Source of the DNA: Bispira polyomma
Taxonomy: Eukaryota
DNA: 64,000 nt
Assembly: GCA_965649765.1 (NCBI GenBank)
Contig: OZ287758.1
Span: forward strand, 16,740,001 to 16,804,000
Direction of reading: 5' to 3'
Shown here: positions 37,201 through 47,800 of the stretch, in pieces
Layout of the letters: each line of letters begins with the position of its first letter
How positions within the stretch are numbered: the first letter of the stretch is position 1
The notes under the pieces: model-generated
The model's database searches: none
What the model was told of the DNA's origin: nothing
What the model saw: the letters and a program-made list of their open reading frames with translations, nothing else
Made by a program: the position numbers and the translations under genes

Positions 37201-40095
37201 TTAATTAGAAGGCAGAGGCAATTACTAATCATACCAAAGGGAGTTTCATATGGTTCCAGAATCAAGACTAAATGTTCTTGTTTTGAAGACAGTTGTAGGA
37301 GACCTTATTGTGAATGGAAATAGTGGGGTAATAATCAAAGATAATCATTAACAGTGTGAGTAATATATCACTTACACGCTCTCCCTCCAAACATCAAAGT
37401 ATTGATGAGAAGAGGTAAAGAAAAGATGACACTGCAACAGATACTAACTTGTGTGTAGTTGTAGACTTAATGAGAGTGGGGAAACTACATCTACCCCCTC
37501 ATACCATCTTAATAAAATTTATTGGACTGAATTAATAGCTAATTATTGCTTTAAAGTGAATCTCAATAGAATTGAGAGTGAGACTGGCAGATGTGGGGTG
37601 TTTTATCACTGGGCAGGATCTTACAGGTTAAGAAGGAGTTGTGTGTTCTTGACTATGTTGTTACCTCTGATGGGATATGATGCCTGTATACTGTATGTCA
37701 AGAAATATTACAGAGTGTTTGCAGTTTCAGAAAGATATTTTATTTTTATTCAAAAATATGTCTGTTGGCGAAGAAATAGTTTCTAGCAGTAATTTTTTAC
37801 AGTAATTTTGCAAATCCCCCATTTGATATTTTGTTTTACTGCAAATAAAGTGCAGTTCAAATGGTGTGCTGTGATGTATTACTGTGACCAGGGCAAAAGA
37901 AATAGTTAAGAAATCAATCTAGTGGAGAACGTTTTTTAAAAGTAGGGATTTGTGTAAAAATACATCTTCTAGAAGATAAGATATTTTATAATGTACCCAG
38001 GGCCAGCTAGTGTCTTTTTTTCTGTATTTCTCACATGCATGTGTCATAATTTTCAGGTTTTGACAGAAACCCTGTCACAGAAGAGATCTCTTCATGCAGA
38101 TTAATGTACTGTGTGGCATTTAACTGTGCTACAAAAGCTGACAAAAACATCAGAAAGATATTAAAGTAATCTCACCAAATTGTCTTGTAGGCGTACAGTA
38201 CAGTGATTCTATCACAAATAACTATTTGTAGTGAAGCTTATTTCAAATTATTTGTGCACAAGAAATGGCAAGGTATTGTGTGGTTTGGTTTTTAAAAAAC
38301 TGCTGTAAAATAACTACTGGTTAACTAATATAGAACTCACACTTTTACTGGCTATTTTAATGTTCATAACCACATCTCCTTTTAGAGTCACAACTCTATT
38401 TTAAGCATTTATGCAGTGCTTAATTAATACTTCATCCTTCAAAGCATTTGTTCTCCGAGAAAAGATTGTATTACAACATAGCAATGGTTGTCATCAGTAG
38501 GTAATGGTATGTTTACATCTTGCCCAAGGATGTTTTCCTCTGTAACCATTATGATGTTACTAGGAGTCGGAGCAGGGACCTTCTGATCAACAAACCAATT
38601 ACCTTACGACTTGGCCATTGGAGACCACAAATTGTCTACACTGATAACGTTGCACATTTAAAGTGAGGTTTGTGAACCAGAGTCAAGGTGGACGTGTCTG
38701 AGATAGGCAAGTTAACTTTAGTGTAAGAGATGTAGCACTCCCTTGTCTCAGATCTAACAACTAGACTATAGTCTCAATTGAGGTACAATTGATGACCATG
38801 TGGCAGCCAACAGGATGATGAAATACTGGGCCATTTTGGTTAGTTTATACATTAGTCTATTTCAATTTGTTCAGTGAATGTTTATCAAAAAACCCTTCTT
38901 TTCATGAAATGAAGTAATTTGATATGGGAAGCAACCACTATTAGGGAATTAATAAACATATTGCAGTAAATAAAACATACATATCTCTATGTTGCAGGAT
39001 TGTCACAAACTATATAAATGTATCTTAAAACTCTTATTTTACATCACTGATGTTTAAATCATGCTCATAAACTATTACATTTATTTTCTACAAAATCATA
39101 GTTTGTATAATGTTTTTAAATGTCACTGAAATATATTTGCACACAAGGTAACCCAGCACATTGAACTTAAAGTAGCGAAGCTGAAAAACAACAGACACAA
39201 TATTCAGTGACAAGAAGATGTAATATACACTACAGTCTTCATCAGAAAAAGAAAGGCTGGCGATAAACGATGTGGTTATCCATCAAATCTAGTGTCACAG
39301 TGAATCATGCGTTCTGAGTGTGTTGATTAATGGCATGCTAGTTTCTGCAGGTCTACTCCAACCACTCCATTTATCTACTGTTAATAAACAGCTCAGGGCT
39401 GGTATTCACAAAGATTCTTTGTCTTAAACTTTTGTCTCCAGCAATTTAATTTGCTAAAAATATTTTTGTTTGTTTATTATGTGTTTCAAAATGCAAATAT
39501 CTGAAAAACCATATCTGAAATAGCTGAATAACTAATGTATATTTCAAAGCTTCACTTAAAATTGACAAGATGTATTGATTTGAATTGAAGCAATCAACCT
39601 TTTTTGGAACCTAGTGCAGATATAACAGGGTTAGGAAACCTCTGCACAAGGACCTGTGTGATATGGTAATCTCCCAGGACAGTCTTCAACCCTATTAAAA
39701 TTTAAACAAAGAAATACCAAACATGGAAGATGTCTCTTTTTATGGCTTAAACATAGCAATTTACAGTCTCTACAGTTTGTATTTTTGTCATAGTGCGGAA
39801 AAATGAGGCAGGTTTAAGCCTGTGGTAGTAAGTTGTGATAATAAAAGTTTTGCCTGATCTCACCTTTAAAATCTTAAATTATGTTGTGATTGCTAAAGTT
39901 TTCAGAGCAGAGAGTCAGTTTTATTTGTAACTTTCAAAAAGTGAATACAAATTTATATAATAAAGAACAATAAAGGGAATAGGATATATGATAGATATAC
40001 ATTGTATATCTATGTATAACTGTTGGTGTATAATTTTGGTGGGCTGACGCCCTTGCGACAGCCCCCCTCAGTTCTGGTGGCAGGTCACTGGGGGG

Positions 40096-40162
40096 CCAAT
40101 TAGGCCACCTGGGGTCACGGGGGCAAGTATAAAAGGGATTGCCGCCAACAGGCGCCATCATT
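40096..40162 (+). promoter_or_regulatory. Putative internal Pol II promoter of the YR element
   Basis: CCAAT at 40096-40100, TATAAAA at 40128-40134, Inr-like TCATT at 40158-40162. The other element has TATATAA at the matching position (12014-12020, minus). Confidence 0.6.
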
Positions 40163-40269
40163 AGTTAAAAACAGTTCATAGATACAAGTGTTTTTACAAT
40201 TGGGGCTTTTACTACCCAGGGCTTTTACTACCTAGATATTGTTTTACATTTTTAATTGAATGTGTAGTC

Positions 40270-41265
40270 ATGCCTAAAGAATACCCGTGTAGTGTATGTT
40301 CTGGTCGGCACGAACGTCCAGTTGGGAAGAAATGTAAATTTAATCCGTTGGACAGCGTCGCTGATGAGGTGGCTGCCGTTGATCCTGCTGTGCCTGCTGT
40401 TTCTGATTCCGTATCTAGTTTGATACTTCAACAACTGGTCGTGATGAATGAAAAGATGGACAGCATGGATCAACGAGTACAAGCTACTGAGGCGGCGCTG
40501 TGTAAACCCAGCGCACAGGCATGTAACACAGTTTTTAAATCTGTATCTAATGTCCCTAGTGTTAGTGAACCAGTGGTTGAGGCCGTTGTGCCCTCCCTAG
40601 ATTACCTGCGTTCAAATTCCGGCTTACAGAGTCAGGTAGACCAGCGCTTGCTGCAACTGCAACAACTCAATGATTTAACGGGAGGTAAACTGAAATCCCA
40701 AAGAGGTGGCGCGGAAGCTCCCGTTAAACGTCATGTTGATTGGCCACAAAATTTTGTCTTATCTGGTGTAAAAAAGGTTAGACCCACTTATGATGACCTT
40801 ACTTTGGTCCAGTTCGTCTCCGGGTTTGTTCGCTGTACGCAAGAGCAAAAAGAGTCCTCTGTCCGCGAGGCCATGTTGGAATATCTGGCATGTCTGATGG
40901 ATGACGCCCATGATTTTTCGTGGGACGCCGCCAAAGCCGCTCACGCCATTTTGTTAACCAACATGGAAATGGACCGATTGAATTGGACGGATGTCGAAAA
41001 GGTCGACCGGGTAAGGCGCGCTCATGCACAGCGTCATGTAACGTCCTCAGCTAGTGGGTCTGGCCTTTCTAAAAGCAATGTTGGCAGTAGGGGTAAAACC
41101 TCGGTGAAAACAGCTGGAGTAAATTGTCGGTTCTTCCAAGAAGGAACGTGCAAATTTGATGCCAGCCATCGCACTTCTGGACAGTGGTTCAAACACTGCT
41201 GTGAGCGCTGTGATGGCACGCATCAAACCAAGTTGTGCTCCAAAAAGTCGGTGTCAAAAAACTAA
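40270..41265 (+). CDS. gag: Gag-like protein (331 aa)
   Basis: CSVCSGRHERPVGKKC N-terminal motif, coiled-coil-like segment, GKLKSQR, and C-terminal CRFFQEGTC..H / HCCERCDGTH..C. Confidence 0.9.
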   Translation: MPKEYPCSVCSGRHERPVGKKCKFNPLDSVADEVAAVDPAVPAVSDSVSSLILQQLVVMNEKMDSMDQRVQATEAALCKPSAQACNTVFKSVSNVPSVSEPVVEAVVPSLDYLRSNSGLQSQVDQRLLQLQQLNDLTGGKLKSQRGGAEAPVKRHVDWPQNFVLSGVKKVRPTYDDLTLVQFVSGFVRCTQEQKESSVREAMLEYLACLMDDAHDFSWDAAKAAHAILLTNMEMDRLNWTDVEKVDRVRRAHAQRHVTSSASGSGLSKSNVGSRGKTSVKTAGVNCRFFQEGTCKFDASHRTSGQWFKHCCERCDGTHQTKLCSKKSVSKN

Positions 41266-41290
41266 GGGGCCACTGCAGTATTGCAGTGGC
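41256..41290 (+). promoter_or_regulatory. Predicted -1 ribosomal frameshift signal
   Basis: TCA AAA AAC TAA GGG GCCACTGCA GTAT TGCAGTGGC: heptamer at 41256-41262 and a perfect 9-bp stem at 41269-41290. Confidence 0.82.
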
Positions 41291-43796
41291 TGCTAAGAAA
41301 CTTGTACATAAAACCTGCTCTAGAGTTGTATATAATTCTACTTTTAGGGATTTTAAACTGTTTGATCATGTGTGTTGTAAATATAATGTGTGTGCTGGAC
41401 CCCGAGTTAACAGGTCATACCGGGACGTGTTGAAACAGGGCCTTGTGGTTACTGATACCAAGATTTGTGGAAACCGGGAAATGGGAAAAGTTAACACTGT
41501 TTCTGTTAATAAAACTCCCCAAGGTAGCAAACTCGTGTTCCATAATTCATCATTGCACAAGGTGTCGGGAAGAAAGCATTCACCCGTGAAGGTGTTAAAT
41601 ACATCAGCTGACAGGCGACGTGAGAAAACAAATCACCAAAAGGTGTTAAGAAAAACACCTTTGGGTGGTGTGAAAACATCCTTGAATAGGCGGGTCAGTA
41701 ACAATGCAAACCGTGTGTTACAAAACAAACCAATTGTGTCCAAAACAATTGAACTAAGTGATGGCGAAGGGTGCCCTAAACTTCTGGTTTCTCCGAGTGT
41801 GAAAACAATTGGCGCGGGTACCACTCCAAGTAATGCTAACAATAGTGGGTTTCGCCTTCCCATTCATAACCGGTTTAGTTGTTTAGACATTCCTGGTGTA
41901 GAACTTCCTGACTCGAGTGACACGTCAGGTAAGGTCGATTTCACACCTAATCCACCACCTAACAAGAGATCTAACCCGTGTGATGACAAGTATGTCCTGG
42001 ACCTCTCAGGAGGCCTTGATAAAAGACAGCGCTTAAATGCAGCTAAAGATAATGTGACCTATAAGTTGTGGGATATACAGTATAGTGGAAAGTATGGGTT
42101 CATACCCACTAGTTCCTGGGGTACCCCAGTGATTGATTGTTCCAATAACCAATTGATCACAGACGTGTTTACACTACATAAGTCCCTTAAATTGGATGGG
42201 AGACCAAATTATAAGGGTTTACAAGTCCCCATACACACCCAACTGACGGTCCCTGCCTGGGAAAAGTACTTAGCGAATTATTGGGATTGGGAACTCCCCT
42301 TACTGATAAAATTCGGATTTCCTCTTGACTGTAATGAAGAACACGAGTTCAAGTCTGACTTGAACAATCATGCTTCAGCCAATCAATATCCTGAACATGT
42401 GAACCATTACCTGAAAGAAGAATGTTCTATGGGTGCTATGTATGGACCTTTCGTCCATCCCCCAATTGATGATGTGCACACATCCTCCTTTATGACTAGA
42501 GACAAATCAAGCTCGGTTAACCGACGAGTCATAATCGATCTGAGTTGGCCCATCGGTCATTCGGTTAATGCAGCCGTGTCATCGAGTTCGTATCTGGACA
42601 AGGAATTTGTACTTACTTACCCTTCCATAGATGACATAACCCAACAAGTGTTGCAAAACGGTAGGGGCTCCTTGCTATTTAAAGCGGACATTAGTCGCGC
42701 ATTCCGTCACGTGACCATAGACCCCAGAGACATCAATCGCCTGGGCTTATACTGGGACGGCTACTATGTCGACGGCTCGTTGCCCTTTGGCTACCGACAC
42801 TGTTCAGTGATTTTTCAGAGAATTTCTGACGGTATAAGGTATATAATGGAAGGTGAAGGTCATCAAATCACCAACTATATAGACGATCTGTTATGTTCTT
42901 CTGTTCCCTCAAAAATCTATAAAACGTACCACCGACTGCAGGCCCTTTTGGCCGAGTTGGGTTTGACTCTCAGTAAAAAGAAGCTGGTTCCTCCAGCCAC
43001 CCGGGTAACCTGCCTAGGCATAGTTATAGATACAGTTCGGTTCACTACATCGATACCAGAGGACAAACTAGCTCAGGTTCAAAAAATATGTGGCAATTGG
43101 AGTGATAAAAAGCAGTGTACTAAGCGGGAGCTCCAATGTTTATTGGGTTCTTTGCTATATATTTCTAAATGCGTGAAGTACTCACGATTTTTTCTGAATC
43201 GGATGTTGCAACTCCTCCGAAGCAATCACCACAAAAGAAGTATGAAAATTAACCCTGAGTTCAAAAAGGACCTTAACTGGTTCATTGAGTTTCTCCATAA
43301 ATACAATGGGGTGACATTTTTTCATCATGCCCCCATTACTGACATTGTAGAGTTGGATGCCTGCCTAACAGGCATGGGAGGAGTGTATGACAAACAAGTA
43401 TATTACCTTCCCATTCCTGCTGCTATGCAGAAACATAATATTGCTTCATTGGAGATGCTTAACATTCATGTGGCTTTGAAATTGTGGGGCAAATACTGGC
43501 AAGGACGTAGACTGTTAATTAAATGTGATAACCAGGCTGTTGTAAGTGTCCTTACTCATGGTAGAACTAGAGATAGCGAATTAGCCCTGTACTCGCGGAA
43601 CATATTCATGCTGGCTAGCCAGCTCGATGTAGAGATACAGGTGGTTCATATTCTAGGAAATGACAATACCACTGCTGACCTCTTGTCTCGCTGGACAAAT
43701 TCAATTAAGGATAAGGTTCTCTTACAGGAGCTGGTGGGCAATGTCCAATGGTGTGCCGTGACAGAGGACCACTTACTGCTTAATCACCACATTTAG
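41256..43796 (+). CDS. pol: Pol (RT + RNase H), probably translated as Gag-Pol by -1 frameshift
   Basis: Open frame 41235-43796 with KADISRAF, SLPFG, YIDD, ELDAC, EMLN, CDNQ and ADLLSR. No downstream methyltransferase domain. Confidence 0.95.
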   Translation, partial: KKLRGHCSIAVAAKKLVHKTCSRVVYNSTFRDFKLFDHVCCKYNVCAGPRVNRSYRDVLKQGLVVTDTKICGNREMGKVNTVSVNKTPQGSKLVFHNSSLHKVSGRKHSPVKVLNTSADRRREKTNHQKVLRKTPLGGVKTSLNRRVSNNANRVLQNKPIVSKTIELSDGEGCPKLLVSPSVKTIGAGTTPSNANNSGFRLPIHNRFSCLDIPGVELPDSSDTSGKVDFTPNPPPNKRSNPCDDKYVLDLSGGLDKRQRLNAAKDNVTYKLWDIQYSGKYGFIPTSSWGTPVIDCSNNQLITDVFTLHKSLKLDGRPNYKGLQVPIHTQLTVPAWEKYLANYWDWELPLLIKFGFPLDCNEEHEFKSDLNNHASANQYPEHVNHYLKEECSMGAMYGPFVHPPIDDVHTSSFMTRDKSSSVNRRVIIDLSWPIGHSVNAAVSSSSYLDKEFVLTYPSIDDITQQVLQNGRGSLLFKADISRAFRHVTIDPRDINRLGLYWDGYYVDGSLPFGYRHCSVIFQRISDGIRYIMEGEGHQITNYIDDLLCSSVPSKIYKTYHRLQALLAELGLTLSKKKLVPPATRVTCLGIVIDTVRFTTSIPEDKLAQVQKICGNWSDKKQCTKRELQCLLGSLLYISKCVKYSRFFLNRMLQLLRSNHHKRSMKINPEFKKDLNWFIEFLHKYNGVTFFHHAPITDIVELDACLTGMGGVYDKQVYYLPIPAAMQKHNIASLEMLNIHVALKLWGKYWQGRRLLIKCDNQAVVSVLTHGRTRDSELALYSRNIFMLASQLDVEIQVVHILGNDNTTADLLSRWTNSIKDKVLLQELVGNVQWCAVTEDHLLLNHHI

Positions 43797-43878
43797 ATAT
43801 TGCTTTGTCTGGTTGCATGGTATTATGTTGATCAACCTTTACAAATGTTACTTTGTCTGCTCTGTGTTTGTGTTATAG

Positions 43879-44867
43879 CTAGAACTCCCCTGCAGCAGTT
43901 ATTATATCTAAATGCAACGAAGAAGCTTCACCTGACCTTCTGCAGGTCTACAGACAGATCTTATACTGCGATGTATAGGGTGTACCAAGCTTATGCATCC
44001 TTCTCGGATCTGCCTTGTGACCAGGTGACAGCTATTGATCTTCTTGCTTTTTTAGAATTGTTACACTTTAACTCTGTAAAACCTGCCCATATGGCCAATT
44101 ATTTATCTGCTATTAAAGCTAAGAGTATTGTATACAATGTGCCCATTCTTGCCTTCAGTGACCCTCGCTTGGCTTACTATCAAAAGTCTGTCCAATTAGC
44201 TGCCCCCTTAAATGTTCAGCTCAAAAAGATTATAGACATACCTCTTCTGACTAGTATTGTCAATGTCTCCAACACCACTTACATGGGTCCTATCTTTACA
44301 GCTGTGTATTTGGTCAGCTACTTTTCCTTCCTGAGGTTATCCAACTTAGTACCTCATTCCTGTCTTCAGTTTTCTGCTTTAAGACATCTATCAAGGGCTG
44401 ATGTTATGTTTCACAGGGACAAAGCTGTCCTTTTGGTAAAATGGTCCAAAACAATGCAGATTAATAATCAGATTAGACTTATTACTATCCCACGTTTGGT
44501 GGGTTCCCCTCTTTGCCCTGTGGGGTCACTGCAGGCTATTATGGCTCTTACTCCGTCTGAACCTAATTCACCCTTATTTCAATTGAGAGACAAATCTCAC
44601 TGGGTTCCGCTTACTGACACCCGTGTCCGCAGGCATTTCAAAACGATACTTGCCAGGCTCCAGTTGCAGGATTCTGGCCTCACACTGCACGCTTTCCGAC
44701 GTTCGGGTGCCACTTTTGCCTTTAACCATAACGTCAGCATTCAGAACATCCAAAAACATGGCACTTGGACGTCGGATTGCGTGTGGAGGTATGTTACCGA
44801 CTCAGTGGATGCGGGCCAGCAGGTATCGGACACATTTCGCCATCATCTTGCTACTTCTTCTTCCTAG
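43879..44867 (+). CDS. Tyrosine recombinase; probable second exon
   Basis: FLRLSN, KWSKT, HAFRRSG, HGTW, WRY. Homology to the other YR starts at ARTPLQ, directly after TGTTTGTGTTATAG. Confidence 0.93.
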
Positions 44868-47800
44868 CTTCCTACTTGCTGGGTTTGGGTGTTTCTACTC
44901 AAAATTTAGTCTATATTTTCATATTCTAGATAATTATGTAACTTTTGCATTACATGTAGTCACATGCTAGTCATGTATAGTGTCATATAGAATTTAAATT
45001 ACTATTTCACTTGCTAGTCATTTCATGTTACAACTATAAAGTTAACTTCACAGAGTAGTATTTTATTTCCTAGTAATTGTATGCTACAACTAGTAATTCA
45101 ACTTCATGAAATAACTGTTTCATTAAAAGGTAATAGAATCTGTAATTAACTGCAAAATTACAACTTAACTCTTCTTCTATACAATTTAAGGTCACCTCAA
45201 TTTCTTTAATTCCCCTATGGGTTAAAATTTTAGTATACTAACCTGTATTTAAGGTGATCTTTAGCCCCCTTTTGTAGTCTAAATTATAAGATCATCTCCA
45301 TTTATAAGTCCCCTACGGGCTTTGTAATTTCACTTATTTAACTGTGTTGGGGTGACCTTATCTTGTTCTTTGAAGTTATGTAAAATATTATTATTACTTT
45401 CACTCAATTTAGTATGACTTAAAGTTACAAATTATCATGACCTTAAGTCACGTTGTATATAGTAGTTTAACATAGACTAACAATAAAATATTTTACCGCA
45501 TTCTGCTTACTTACTATCTTGCCTTCTTGACCTCTGACCCTTTGGCCTGTCACGCGGGGGAATGAAGTAGATTTTGACTTTCTTAACTATACTCAAAAGT
45601 TGAACACTGATTTAGACCCTAATTTCTACATAATTTATCATAATTATAAATTATTATAAGAAAAAACAGAAGAACTGGTAGGAGCAAAGAGTGTGAGAAA
45701 CCATCAAGTCCATGTGTCACTTTAAATCATGGCTTTGTCAGGACTGTTTTGATTTATGATGTGGCTAATTCTTCAGGTCCCTCTAACTACTCCATTTATT
45801 TTACTATTTATAAACAGCTCAGATGTCGGCTGTGATCATTTCTTTTGTTTAATGAGTGGCAATGCTGGAGTGAAGTGCTCTCTAAATCTGTCAAAATGTC
45901 CATATAATCTCAGCTGGCACCTCTTCTTACATCCACCAGTCTTTTAATTTAACACGGCTTAAGAACCTTCTGATTGAGTGGCTTTTTACCAGTGTGAATT
46001 AGTATTTTTTTTCCTCCTGATGTAAAAAAATGAATAGATCCAGTGAGACTTCACTTGGTTTTTTTTTTGTTATTTGTTTAGCAACCCCACTTTCCCCAAA
46101 GAAAACACTTAATGGTGGGTAAATGGTTAGACATTTGAGGAAAGTACATTGGGAGTATTAAAAGTTAATGACAAGGAGGTTCAATAGTTACTTGTTTGAG
46201 GTGCAAACATGTTTATCAGCTGTAAATGTTTAGAAGTGCCGTGAATGCATATGGGTTGAGTTTTTAGTTTTATTGTTTCTTCAAATGATAGACACTGGGT
46301 TTTCTACATATCAAAATACTAAAAAAGCATGAAATTAATTGTAAAGACAAACTGTGGGGCTTTTGTGTCATTTCTGCCCCTGCGTTGTACAAAGTGTTCT
46401 ACTATTTCCAAGTGTAAGACCTAGAAAATGTAATAAATACAAATGTCCTCTCTACATGACTATGCGCAACTCTATAGCATCACTTCTGATTGGTTTTTGT
46501 CACAATCTCATCACTCCACTGCTGACACATCTACAGTTAGTGGCATCAGCCCATTGCTCAAAATGAAAAAAATGCAGTGATTGCAAGTTTCACATTTCTG
46601 TAGCTTTTTGTACAATGTGTAAATATATTGACAGCTGGTAAAAAGTTTAACCAGTAATTAATTAATTAGTCACGCCACACAGCTTTAAAACAGTTATTTC
46701 AAGAACAGACTTGTTTCCGACAACAAATTTGTCAATTATTGATTGTTCACATAGCTTATGTAGCATTACCATTGAGAAAGACAGTATTTCTGTCTATTTT
46801 CTGAAAATTTTCTGTGAATATTAAAGATATTCAGAGAAATAAAGAAAACAACACCAACATTCGACAACCAAAGAGCCACTACTAGATGTCTTCAAAAATA
46901 TTAATTTACCAACAAGTTATTTTGCACTCTAGATAAGATCTAATTAGATGACTGTCAATTAGCAGTCTGGTCATTTTAGCTGGTCATCCAAGTCAAGCAG
47001 CATGTATTAAACACTAAAAACATGCACAACTTTAACACTGATGACAATCACCTGTTCCTGTGTAAAAATTGTGCATGTAATTAAAATGGACCTAGGTTTG
47101 CATATGCCTTTTATACTTCCAATTATCATTGTATATATTTAATTATGTAGAATGCAAAGAGTAAAAAGTGGAGAAGGGTTAAGCAGAAACCAGGGGGCTT
47201 AATCTATCCTTAGCCTTGCCTAAAGCTAAATTCATATTTTAGCTTACTTACAAAATTTCAAATATGTACACATTAAATAAACTCGTACAACTACACTCCA
47301 GAAAGGGCATTGGAATAAGGTACATTCAGATACATTTTCTTTTGTTAGTTCTACTTCCACTTCTTGATTCATCATTAATAAAACTTGATTTTGTAATAGG
47401 ACACCACTGCACAAGAGAAACACCTTATACCATGATGTACATCTCTTGTTTCATACCAATGTAATAACATATCCTGACATCAGACTTTGCGTTTTAGTTA
47501 TTACTGTGTGATTAGTAATAACTCTGCTTTAACTCTTGGTTTACTGAACCAGCATCTTAGCTATTAAATATTTTAAAATACCCCAAAATTTAATACATTA
47601 ATCAACAAAACATGATAGCATGAGTCAAACTTTACACCTTAATTGTTCACAATATTGATCAAAGTCAAAGTTTAGACCTTTGTGACATCACTCAAGTTAA
47701 ATAACTGCAGCGGTCTTGTTCAGAGTCTCCACAATGTTGACAAATGGAGAATTTGCGCTGTCACAGGTGAAATATACTGATACACTTAGTGGCTGATCTA

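Larger units (their letters stand above)
15747..37293 (+). repeat. Segmental tandem repeat, copy A (~14.5 kb net of insertions)
   Basis: Collinear with copies B and C. GAGAAGAGGTAAAGAAAAGATGACAC occurs at ~15871, ~37407 and ~56929. 23701-23760 versus 48362-48421 differ at 2 of 60 positions. Confidence 0.92.
40037..45564 (+). mobile_element. Intact YR retrotransposon (5528 bp), TG...TG, no TSD, no terminal repeats seen
   Basis: The empty site GTATAATTT|AAGTAG in copies A (~19074-19088) and C (~60691-60705) defines both ends exactly. Three uninterrupted ORFs. Confidence 0.95.

Noticed and set aside
40113-40127. GTCACGGGGGCAA resembling the 3' terminus GTCACGCGGGGGAA
   Set aside because: Too short and imperfect to be a split repeat, and no equivalent was seen in the other element.
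43800-43878. Hydrophobic N-terminal extension of the YR ORF (MLCLVAWYY...)
   Set aside because: It starts at TTG, is absent from the other YR, and is better explained as the intron's U-rich 3' end.
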